A stretch of 64,000 nucleotides of DNA from Alphaproteobacteria bacterium (GTDB lineage: Bacteria > Pseudomonadota > Alphaproteobacteria > SP197), in NCBI GenBank assembly GCA_964291265.2, contig OZ219747.1, positions 2,176,001 through 2,240,000 on the forward strand, written 5' to 3'. Position 1 is the stretch's first letter. Every line of letters begins with the position of its first letter. A program made the position numbers and the translations under genes. Below are positions 10,431 to 19,697 of this stretch, piece after piece. The notes below the pieces were generated by a model. It saw only the letters and a program-made list of their open reading frames with translations, had not been told where the DNA came from and made no database searches.

Positions 10431-11141
10431 ATGGACGGAAAGACGATCGTCATCGTGGATGACCGGAAAAGCATCCTCGCGGCGTATGGTGAGCTGTTTC
10501 GCAACGAGGGCTACAATGTCCATTGTTATTCCAGCGGCGTGGATCTGATCAACCGGCTGGCGACGCTGGAAGTCGACCTCGTCCTCCTCGACATCGATCT
10601 GGGTCCCGGTCTTGCCGGCTGGCAGGTGCAGGATGTTCTGGCCCGCGAACACCCCGGACTGCGCGTCATCTTCATGACGGCTGTCGCTCTTGACGATGCC
10701 GATGAGGCGCGCGGACTGGAGGCGGGCGCCGCCGACTACGTCCGGAAGGGGAGCGATCCCCGGATCCTGCTTGCACGGGTCCGACGGGAGCTTTCAGACC
10801 GCGGGGGAACGGCGGTACCGGAGACCGGCGACGGCAGGATCATGGCAGGCGACCTCGTCCTCGACGCGTTGTGCCTGTCATGTTCCTGGAAGGGCCGGGA
10901 GGTTCCGCTCACGGTCTCGGAATTCCGCATTCTCCATGAGATGGCCGGATCGCCTGGCCGTGTGAAGTCCCGTGACACGCTTCTTGCGGCGGCAGGGAAC
11001 GAGGAGGATGCGGCTACCGAGCGGGCGGCGGACAGCCACATCAAGCGCATACGTCGCAAGCTTCGCGGTGTCGATGCCGCTTTCGCCGGAATCAGGACTC
11101 ACAGCGGCGCCGGCTATTCCTGGCGTTGTGACGGCCCATGA
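10431..11141 (+). CDS. chvI: OmpR-family response regulator, ChvI-like
   Basis: Receiver domain plus winged helix (DSHIKRIRRKLRGVD); divergent from pckA as in alphaproteobacteria. Confidence 0.75.
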   Translation: MDGKTIVIVDDRKSILAAYGELFRNEGYNVHCYSSGVDLINRLATLEVDLVLLDIDLGPGLAGWQVQDVLAREHPGLRVIFMTAVALDDADEARGLEAGAADYVRKGSDPRILLARVRRELSDRGGTAVPETGDGRIMAGDLVLDALCLSCSWKGREVPLTVSEFRILHEMAGSPGRVKSRDTLLAAAGNEEDAATERAADSHIKRIRRKLRGVDAAFAGIRTHSGAGYSWRCDGP

Positions 11142-11169
11142 GACCAGGGAAGGAAGAGGCTTCCCCGGA

Positions 11170-12864
11170 ATGCTCGTCCGGAAGATTCTTGCCATCAATC
11201 TCGTGCCGCTCGCTCTCTTCCTGGTGGCTCTCTATCTGATTCACGACATCAGGCCCAACCTCGTCATGGCGAAGGTGGAGTCTCTCTCCGCACGTGGCCG
11301 CCTGATTGCCCTTTCCATAGAGAACTCCGCCGTTATGGAGGATCTTGAAACCATCAATCCGGCACGGCTCGACATACCCGACCGGGTGGGGTTCTTTCCC
11401 GCCTCCCAGCTGGGTTACGCCTGGCCCCCGGCCGGCCTGTCGCCCCTCGAGGCAAGAAGGCGGCTGGTTCGCAGCTGGACGGAACATCTCGGCACCCTGA
11501 CGCCTGCAGCAGACCTTGACATCCGGCTTGTCGATCCCCTGACAGGAGAGGATCTCGTCGGTGATTCCCGGGAGTCGGTCGAGATCGAGGCCATGGCTGA
11601 GGGCGGGACATGGCAGATGCCGTCATGGCGCGCCATTCTCGATGACTGGTTCGTGTTCTCAGGAGAGCAATCCGCCGTGGCGGTGGAAGGGTCGGAGGGC
11701 CTTGTCGGCGAAGCGGCGCGGGGCAATGCCTCATGGACGGTTGTCGGGGGAGGCACGAACGACATGGAGTTCGTGGTGGCCGTTCCGGTGAGAAAGAAGC
11801 TCTACCGGACCGTCGTCGGAGTGCTCGTCCTCTCCGCGAAGCCCAGTGATGACGAACTCGACCTGTTGCGCCGTCAGGAAGTGATCATGCTGATGGCGCT
11901 CGTCGCCTTCGCGCTGACGGCCGGACTGTCCGTCTGGCTTGCCCGTGTCATCACCCGGCCCCTGGTGGAACTCGCCGATGCGGCCACGGACGTGCGCCGG
12001 GGCCGCAAGGGGTCACGGGACATTCCCGATCATCGCGCCGGAGACGACGAGATCGGCAGGCTCGCGGAAGCGCTCATCATGATGACGGGATCGCTCGAAC
12101 GGCGAGTCGAGGATGGAAAGGAGATAGCACGCAATTCCGCCCACGAGATACGCAACGCCGTGACCGGAATGGGCGGTGCGCTCATGATCCTGGGGAACAA
12201 CGACGCGGCGGCGAAGGAGAAGATGGTCGCACTGGCGCTGGCGGAAGCCGGACGCCTCGAACGGCTGGCTGATGACATGCAGGACCTCTCCAGGCTCGAT
12301 GACCTGCTGGTGCGGACTCCGACGACGCTTGTCGATGTCGCCCGCCTGCTCAACCTGCACGCGGACCCCGACGTGTGGCTGGAGCGCCACGGCGTCACCG
12401 TGAGGCACGGTCCGGGGCTTGTCGAAGCGGCGAAAGGACGCTGCTGCCTGGTGGACGGCCTGGAAGACCGCCTGGTTCAGGTGGTGCTCAACCTGCTCAC
12501 CAACGCCGTTTCATTCAGCCCGCCAGGCGGTGTCATTACGGTAGATTGTTGCCGGAGAGGAGGGTGGGTCACTCTCTCCGTCACCGACCGGGGGCCGGGT
12601 ATTCCGCAAGGGACCGAAGAGAGGATCTTTGCCTGGCTGGAGCAGTGCCGGGATCCGGCGGCGGATGACGACCACTCGGGCATCGGCCTGACGATTTCGC
12701 GCCAGATCGTCCATGCCTTCGGCGGCGAGATCTGCGCCCGCAATGTCGGTCACGACCCCGATCATCCCGAGGGTGCGTGCTTCACGGTCCGGCTGCCTGC
12801 GGCATCGAGGCGGCGGAGGTGGTTGCGCGATGCCCTGGGGCTTCCGGGAGACCGGGGCGTCTGA
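11170..12864 (+). CDS. chvG: Sensor histidine kinase, ChvG/ExoS-like
   Basis: KILAINL TM1, HAMP, AHEIRN H-box, NLLTNAVSFSP, DRGPGIP, SGIGL; downstream of chvI. Confidence 0.65.
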   Translation: MLVRKILAINLVPLALFLVALYLIHDIRPNLVMAKVESLSARGRLIALSIENSAVMEDLETINPARLDIPDRVGFFPASQLGYAWPPAGLSPLEARRRLVRSWTEHLGTLTPAADLDIRLVDPLTGEDLVGDSRESVEIEAMAEGGTWQMPSWRAILDDWFVFSGEQSAVAVEGSEGLVGEAARGNASWTVVGGGTNDMEFVVAVPVRKKLYRTVVGVLVLSAKPSDDELDLLRRQEVIMLMALVAFALTAGLSVWLARVITRPLVELADAATDVRRGRKGSRDIPDHRAGDDEIGRLAEALIMMTGSLERRVEDGKEIARNSAHEIRNAVTGMGGALMILGNNDAAAKEKMVALALAEAGRLERLADDMQDLSRLDDLLVRTPTTLVDVARLLNLHADPDVWLERHGVTVRHGPGLVEAAKGRCCLVDGLEDRLVQVVLNLLTNAVSFSPPGGVITVDCCRRGGWVTLSVTDRGPGIPQGTEERIFAWLEQCRDPAADDDHSGIGLTISRQIVHAFGGEICARNVGHDPDHPEGACFTVRLPAASRRRRWLRDALGLPGDRGV

Positions 12865-12966
12865 CTTCAGGCGATGCCGTACCGGTTCGTCCTGGCTTCG
12901 AAGGCCCACGGCGGCCGTCCGCTAGGCTCGAAACTGCCTCGGTGCGTTTCGTCGTCGGCGCGCGCC

Positions 12967-13839
12967 TCAGCCCGATGCCAGGTAGGAGTCGATCCACGGC
13001 GAACGGGTTCCGTCCGCGGTCCAGAGGATCGGAAAGTAGTTGTCGTCCATGACGGGGTTGTCGTCAAGGCGCATGTAGCGGCCATACATCGGGCCCGTGC
13101 CGTGCGCGATGTTGCGGGGAACGAAACAGGCCGCGGACGACAGGCAGTGGACGACAAGAGAGCGCCTCGCGGTGCCGCCGTGATTGGCGTTGGAACCGTG
13201 CCAGGTGTTGCCGTGATGAAAGGACCCGCCACCCTTCTTCACGACGACGGGAACCACGTCCGGCTCGTCGATACCCTGGGCCGCCGCCGCTTCCCGCATC
13301 TCCTTCATGTAGTCTTCCGGTCCGTGAAACTGCTCGATGGGTGCCGCAAGCAACCACCTGTGGGAACCTCTGACCAGCTCCATGGTTCCGGCATCGGCCG
13401 AGGTGTCATCGAGAGCGATCCAGCAGCTGATCATTTCGCTGGGGTCGATCCAGTCGAGATAGGCACTGTCCTGATGCATGCCCAGGGGACGGGTGCCGAC
13501 AGGCTTCCACAGGACGTTGTCGACCTTGACACGGGCTCCGGGCCATCCTCCTAGCGTGGCGCAGGCCCGACCGATATCCTCCCTCAGGACCGTTTCGGCG
13601 ACCGTCCTGTCACCCTTCCAGCCGTTGCAGATCTGGCGTGTCAGGCTCGGGTCGCTGACACCTTCCTGCCAGTTGACCTCGTCCGGGCGGATGCCGGTCT
13701 CGAATTCTCCGCGGAACATCCTCTCGTAACGTGCCTTGATCCTCTCGGCGGTTTCGTCGTCGATCAGGTTGTCGACAAGGACGAATCCGTCGCGATGGAA
13801 GGTCTCGATTTCGCGATCCGTCAGTTCGAATGTGCTCAT
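12967..13839 (-). CDS. Phytanoyl-CoA dioxygenase (PhyH) family Fe(II)/2OG dioxygenase
   Basis: FHRDGF, HQD, CWIALDD, HHGNTWHGS, RRSL motifs. Confidence 0.88.
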   Translation of the reverse strand: MSTFELTDREIETFHRDGFVLVDNLIDDETAERIKARYERMFRGEFETGIRPDEVNWQEGVSDPSLTRQICNGWKGDRTVAETVLREDIGRACATLGGWPGARVKVDNVLWKPVGTRPLGMHQDSAYLDWIDPSEMISCWIALDDTSADAGTMELVRGSHRWLLAAPIEQFHGPEDYMKEMREAAAAQGIDEPDVVPVVVKKGGGSFHHGNTWHGSNANHGGTARRSLVVHCLSSAACFVPRNIAHGTGPMYGRYMRLDDNPVMDDNYFPILWTADGTRSPWIDSYLASG

Positions 13840-15311
13840 GGCAGGCAGTCCAGGTAGGTGTTCATGTCCCAGTCGCTGACTTCGGCATTGAACCGGTCCC
13901 ACTCGTCGCGCTTGTATTCATCATAGATCTCGTAGAGCCGTCCGGGAAGCGCGGAGCGCACCACCTCATCGGCCGCGAGCGCGTCCAGTGCTTCACCGAA
14001 GTAGCGCGGCAGGCGCTGAACGATCTTTCCGGCCTCCATGGCCTCGTAGATGTTGCGCTGCTCGGGTTCGCCGGGATCGAGCTGGCGGGTGATGCCGTCA
14101 TCCATCGCCTTCAGAAGGGCCGCAGCCATGAGATAGGGGTTGACCATGGAATCGACTGCCCTGTACTCGAACCGGCCCGGAGCCGACACCCTGAGCGCCG
14201 TTGTCCGGTTCTGATAGCCCCAGTCGGCGTAGATGGGCGCCCACAGACCGAGATCGAGCATGCGCCGGTAGGAGTTGACGGTGGAGGAGCCGATGGCCGT
14301 GAGCGCGGGAAGGTGTTCCATGACGCCGCCGATGGCATGAAGGCCGAGGGGGCCCGGCATCCAGTCGTTCGGGTCGTCGATGAAGACATTGGTGCCCCCC
14401 TTGCGGTGCATGTAGACGTCGTCGACACCGGGCCGCGGATCGCCGACATGGCAGACCATGGAGTCGTCGCCCCCTCTCCACAGGGACATGTTGTGATGGC
14501 ACCCGTTCCCTGACACGCCCATGGACGGTTTTGACATGAAACAGGCGATGAGACCTTCTTCGCGGGCGACCTGGGCGCAGATCTGTCGGTAGGTTGTCAG
14601 CCGGTCGCAGGTTCTCAAGGCGTCGTCGAACATGAAGTTGACTTCGAGCTGGCCCGGCGCGTCCTCGTGATCACCCTGAATCATGTCGAGACCCATCGCC
14701 TGACCATACGAGATGATCCTGGCGTAGACGCGCGACAGTTCCTCGAACTGGTCGATGTGGTAGGCGAGTGGCTTGGTCGGCCCGCCGTCGGGCCGGCCGT
14801 CTTCACCGCGCCTGAGCCAGGCCATTTCCGGTTCACAGCCATGCCGAAGGTGGAGTCCGTCATGGTCGGCCATGAACTGCTGGTGGACGCGCCGCAGGTT
14901 GCCGCGGCAGTCTTCCTCCATGAAGGCTCCCGGATTGTCTCTCTCCTCGCGGGCATGGAACACCGTGCAGTAGACGCGCGCGGCTTCCCTGTTCCACGGC
15001 AACTGGCAGAACGTTTCGGGATCTGGGATCGCCAGCAGTTCATGGGCATTGGCGGGAAATCCGAGGAGGTTTCCCGAGCGGTCGGGGAGGACATTGGTAA
15101 GACCGCCGTACCACGTCTGGATTCCCCTGGCCGCCATGGATTCCCAGTGCGGCGACGGCACGGCCTTGCCCATGATGCGCCCGGTGATCGAGATGTACTG
15201 ATAGTAGATGTAGCGCACATCCATTGCGTCGATCTTGGCCCGCACCTCCCGGATTCGCTCGTCGCGTCCAGTGGCCCCGACATGGCGTTCAATGTCCGTG
15301 GTCATCTCCAT
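13836..15311 (-). CDS. Glutamine synthetase family (gamma-glutamyl ligase-like) protein
   Basis: GCEPE, HEDAPGQLE, FMSKP, GNGCHHNMS, NSYRR, NRTTALR, RFEYR. Confidence 0.88.
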   Translation of the reverse strand: MEMTTDIERHVGATGRDERIREVRAKIDAMDVRYIYYQYISITGRIMGKAVPSPHWESMAARGIQTWYGGLTNVLPDRSGNLLGFPANAHELLAIPDPETFCQLPWNREAARVYCTVFHAREERDNPGAFMEEDCRGNLRRVHQQFMADHDGLHLRHGCEPEMAWLRRGEDGRPDGGPTKPLAYHIDQFEELSRVYARIISYGQAMGLDMIQGDHEDAPGQLEVNFMFDDALRTCDRLTTYRQICAQVAREEGLIACFMSKPSMGVSGNGCHHNMSLWRGGDDSMVCHVGDPRPGVDDVYMHRKGGTNVFIDDPNDWMPGPLGLHAIGGVMEHLPALTAIGSSTVNSYRRMLDLGLWAPIYADWGYQNRTTALRVSAPGRFEYRAVDSMVNPYLMAAALLKAMDDGITRQLDPGEPEQRNIYEAMEAGKIVQRLPRYFGEALDALAADEVVRSALPGRLYEIYDEYKRDEWDRFNAEVSDWDMNTYLDCLP

Positions 15312-15479
15312 CGTTCCCCATCACTCATGACGGCTGGCTCCGTGACTTCCCCGCACCTATGGCGCTGATCAACTGATACAAGGCACTTCATTCCTCTCAT
15401 TTCTGCAAGGCCGGAAGAAAAGGCGATGCCTTCCTTTCCCCAGGGCCGCAGAACACCGGAGGACACACGGCCACACTAC

Positions 15480-15990
15480 ATATCGTCTGGAACCGGGTCG
15501 ATACGCTCAAGCGGGGGAAGGTCATCCCTGGACGTGCGCGATACCGAACCGAAGGGCCTTGGCATCCGCATCATGCCCTCGGGCGCCAGGCGCCACGTCA
15601 TTCACTCCCGGCAACAAGGGCCGGAGAACCTGGATGCCCTTCGCCGATGCCGGCCCGTGACCGTGGCGCAGGCGTGTCAACGGCTGGCGGCGTACAGGAA
15701 TGGAGACCCTGCGGACCCCGGGGTCGGGAAGGAAGCACTCCTCGAGACCGCCGCACGGGAAGTCCTTGTCCACTGCGAACGGCACCGGAAATCCGGCACC
15801 TTCAAGGCCAGGCAAATCCTGCCCTTCTTCGCCGGCCGCATGATCAGCGCCATCACAAGTCAGGGCATTGCAGCATGGTTCCGGTCTCTCCGCGCAACGC
15901 CGCCGGCGGCAAGAGGACAGACCGGCAGCCACGCCCATCAAGGCTCGCCGATCAGGGGGGGCAACCCGCCGGGCCCGGCAAGGACAGTGC
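15480..15990 (+). pseudogene. Degenerate tyrosine integrase N-terminus (arm-binding region)
   Basis: VRDTEPKGLGIRIMPSGARR and QILPFFAGRMISAITSQGIAAWF resemble integrase N-termini; no catalytic domain. Confidence 0.55.
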
Positions 15991-16086
15991 GCAACTCGTT
16001 CCGGCTGTGGAGACGACTTCACCTTGCAGCTGGATGGAAAGTGCATAGGATATCCGCAAGAACCTGTCTATTGCCGGAGTCTATCC

Positions 16087-16317
16087 ATGCGGATCTCGAA
16101 ATGGGGCAACAGCCTGGCGGTGCGGCTGCCCAAAGCACTGGTGAACGATCTGGACCTGAAGGCAGGCGATTGTGTGGAGATTGTGTCCGCTGATCGTGCA
16201 CGCCTCGCGATTGCCAGGGACGAAAGCAGCCTGCGCGCCATAGAACGGATGCGCGCTCGCGCCCTGCCCATCCCTGCCGACTACGCCTTCGACCGGGACG
16301 AGGCCAATGCCCGATGA
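16087..16317 (+). CDS. AbrB/MazE-type antitoxin (VapB-like)
   Basis: MRISKWGNSLAVRLPK..FDRDEANAR; ATGA overlap with the PIN gene. Confidence 0.9.
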   Translation: MRISKWGNSLAVRLPKALVNDLDLKAGDCVEIVSADRARLAIARDESSLRAIERMRARALPIPADYAFDRDEANAR

Positions 16318-16715
16318 CGACATTCTTCGACACCAACGTTCTTGTCTATGCTCAGGGACCGGGCGCAAAGGGCGACGCTGCGCGCCGGGCGCTCATCGAT
16401 GGCGGCGTCATCAGTGTGCAGGTGCTGAACGAGTTCACCAACGTCTTGTGGCGGAAATTCCGGCTGGATTGGGAAAGCGTTGCAGAGGCGGTCGCGGATG
16501 TGCGCGAGTTGTTCGAGTCGATTCGACCTCTCGGTATCGAGACGCATGAAGCCGCCGTTGCACTGGCCGCGGCGCACGGCTTCAGCTTCTACGACTCGCT
16601 GATCGTCGCCTCGGCCCTGCAGGCAGGGTGCGAAACGCTCTTCACGGAAGACTTCCAGGACGGCCGTCGGGTCGACAGTCTCCTTATCGTCAATCCGTTT
16701 GCCCAGGTGGCATGA
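16314..16715 (+). CDS. PIN-domain toxin (VapC-like)
   Basis: FFDTNVLVYA, ISVQVLNEF, FYDSLI, TEDFQDG. Confidence 0.9.
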   Translation: MTTFFDTNVLVYAQGPGAKGDAARRALIDGGVISVQVLNEFTNVLWRKFRLDWESVAEAVADVRELFESIRPLGIETHEAAVALAAAHGFSFYDSLIVASALQAGCETLFTEDFQDGRRVDSLLIVNPFAQVA

Positions 16716-16880
16716 CCCCTCAGTTCATCCTCGCCCCCGCCCGAACCCTGCAGCGTCGATCCCCGGATGCGATGACCGACAGGGCCGGAAAGGGAGCCGG
16801 CGGACCTCGTTCTAATCCCTGGACACCGCAACGGCTCCGGGTTCGGCCGGTCCGACATCCAGGGGCGCTGCCAGCAGGTT

Positions 16881-17219
16881 GAGACGTCCTGACCTCGTGA
16901 GCTGACTTGATCAGTCCGTCCCCACTTTTTCCCAGCACAATGAACGATTTGCCTGGTGTTGTGCTTGACAGCACAGTCGTGTTGCGGTCCAATACAATAT
17001 AATGCTGGTTATGGGATGATCCCGGCCTTGGACACGCTCGCGATGCACCCGCCTGAAGCCCTCCTGATCAGAACCGCGTGCTTCTCCCTTGCCGACATAG
17101 ACGGACCGATCGTCTCCTTCTCGAACTTGGTGCCCTTCGACTGCCAGACAACGCACGCAAACTCCGCCCAGAAGCATCACTCTGATTTGGAAACATCGAA
17201 GCCGATGTCAGGACATCTG
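16881..17219 (+). mobile_element. MITE / internally deleted derivative of the element at 18633-23434
   Basis: Left part homologous to 18633-~18900, right part to ~23365-23434; degenerate TIRs; perfect 5-bp TSD AGGTT (16876-16880, 17220-17224). Confidence 0.88.
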
Positions 17220-17239
17220 AGGTTGAGAAGAACGCTGTG

Positions 17240-17400
17240 CCGTTGTTGTGCGCACCCGGCGACCACTCGAGAGCTGCGGCAGATGGATCAGGTCGTGAAC
17301 CGCAAGCGCCTAGGTGAACCGCCAGTCGACCCGCGCCGCCGTGTCTTCACCCGGCCGATGGTATCATCGCTCCGTTTGAGGCGGATCCGGCTCGCCTGGC
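17240..17400 (-). pseudogene. Probable IS5-family transposase C-terminal remnant
   Basis: ARVDWRFT*ALAVHDLIHLPQL resembles IS5 transposase C-termini, with an internal stop. Confidence 0.4.
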
Positions 17401-19697
17401 AGGCCTTGCTCGCCGAAGTTCGAGCGTCGGCCCGCGGGGCTGCGCGCCACATGCGCCTTGGCGCCGAAGGCCCTGCAGGTCCTTACTGACGACCTCCGCC
17501 GTGTCATGGGCTCTGTCCGCTCAGGCGCTTCATCAGCGCACCGTCCCCCGGATGACTCTCGATACAGACAGGGTGCGGTGGCATCAACGCAATCAACGCC
17601 TGGCTCGGATCCGTCGTCGCCTTCGACCTCTCCTCACATGCGAGAAGGCAACTTGCAGGCTCACGCGCCTGTGCTGTCAAGCTTCCAAGGGATCAACAAC
17701 CCGCCGAACCCAGGACGGCGCCACCGCGACCAATGCCAGCACATAACTCGGATGTGGCGGCATACCCGGGCAGTGACGAATGAATGACCATCCATGATCT
17801 CGTGGAATGTCTGCGCATACCGCCTGCGGAGCCAGATATCGGCCCGATACCCATGTCGTTGTGGTCGCTCTCGTCCTTCGATGAGCCCGGCATGTCCCCG
17901 GATGTCACAATCCGTCGAGGAAATCCTGATCAAGACAACGGGGATACGAGAGACCATTGAACGTGTTGCGGTTGACAGGAGTGGCAAGACACAGCCCCTG
18001 ATCCTGCTACACGACCTCGAGGTAGCGTTCCCGCTCACTGGCGCTGACATGGCGGCGCATGCGCGCATCCTCGTGGAAACGCGTTGCCACGAAATGATCG
18101 ATGAAGGTGTCGCCGAAGAGACTGCGCGCCGCATGGCTCGCATGGAGGCGTTCCGCAGCCTCGGCGAGGCTGCGCGCAAGACGCGGAACGCCGCCTGGCG
18201 TGTCATCGGGTCCGCCCTCCGTGATGGGCATCGGCAGGGCCATGTCCCTCTCGATACCGTGAAGTGCCGCGCCAAGGGTCGCCGCAATGGCAAGGTAGGG
18301 GTTGGTGTCGGCGCCCGGAAGACGGAATTCGATGCGCGCCCGATCTGCCGGTGCGGGCACGGCCCGCACCGCCGCGGCATAGTTCTCGACAGCCCAGGTC
18401 GCCGTCTTCGGCGCCCAGTTTCCAGGCGCCAGGCGGCGGTATGCGTTGACGGTATGGGCCACCAGGGCGGTGAGGTCGCCGGTGAGTCCCACCACGCCGG
18501 CGACGGCCTGGCGCATGGTCGTGCTCATGGCATCCCTTGCTCCGGCGTCGTGGAACAGGGGCTGGCCGGTGGCGCTGTCGGCGAGCGAGAGGTGAACGTG
18601 TCCCGAGAGTCCGGGATGGAAGGCGCCAAACTCAGACGTCCTGACCTCAGTGAGTTGACTTGATCAGTCCGGCCCTCTTTTTTCCAACACAATGAACGCT
18701 TTTCCCAGTTTTTTGCTTGACACCATAGCCGTGGGGCGATCCAATATGATATGACGCCTATATTGGAGCATTCCAGGCCATGAACACGCTCGCAATGCAC
18801 CCTGCCGAAGCCGTCCAGATCGGAACCTCGTGCTTCTCCCTTGCCGACCTCGACGGACAGACCGTCTACTTCTCGAACATGGAGCCCTTCGACTGCCACG
18901 ACGAGGGCGACCGGCCGGCCATGCTGCTGCGGATCGCGAGGTTCGCCAGGCACGGCGTTCCTCAAAGAGACCTGCAGGCGGCCTTCGACGTGAGCCGCGC
19001 GACCGTGCAGCGGGCGGTGAGGAAGCTCCGGGACAGGGGTGAAGCGAGCTTCTACGAGCCACGCAAGGGCCGTGGTCTCAGCGTGATCACAGGCGAGACG
19101 GCAGCCGCGGCGAACCGTCTCCTGGCCGAGGGCATGAACGCCGCGGCACTGGCCCGGGAACTGGGGATCGCGAGATCGACGGCGTACTACAACCTCAGCA
19201 ACGGCTTCATCGGCGGCGGAGAGCGGCCGCAGGCGGCGCAAGTCGACGAGGCCACGCGATGCCCGGACGATCTTCTCGGCCGAGGCGAGCGGGACCGTCG
19301 CGACAGGGTCGCGCCGATGGGGCGCGGCGCGCGCGACAGCGCCGGGCGCGTCGCGGCTTCGACGGGAGCCATGAGCGAAGCGCCTCCGCACTTCGACGAG
19401 CCGCTCTCGGCGGTCGCCGGCGGCGGCGTCCTGGCGGCGCTGCCGGCGCTGCTGAAGGAGGGTCTCCTGGAGCACGCGGACAGGTTCCTGTCGCTGCCGA
19501 AAGGGTACTACGGGCTGACGAGCGTGCTTCTCATGCTCGCCTTCCTGTTCATGGCCCGGATCCGCAACCCCGAGGCGCTGCGCCACGAGGCGCCCGGGGA
19601 ACGGGGCGCGGTCCTGGGGCTCGACCGCTGCCCGGAGGTCAAGACGCTGCGGCGCAAGATCAGGGCGCTCGCGAGCGACCCGCAGCGGGTCCGGGAC

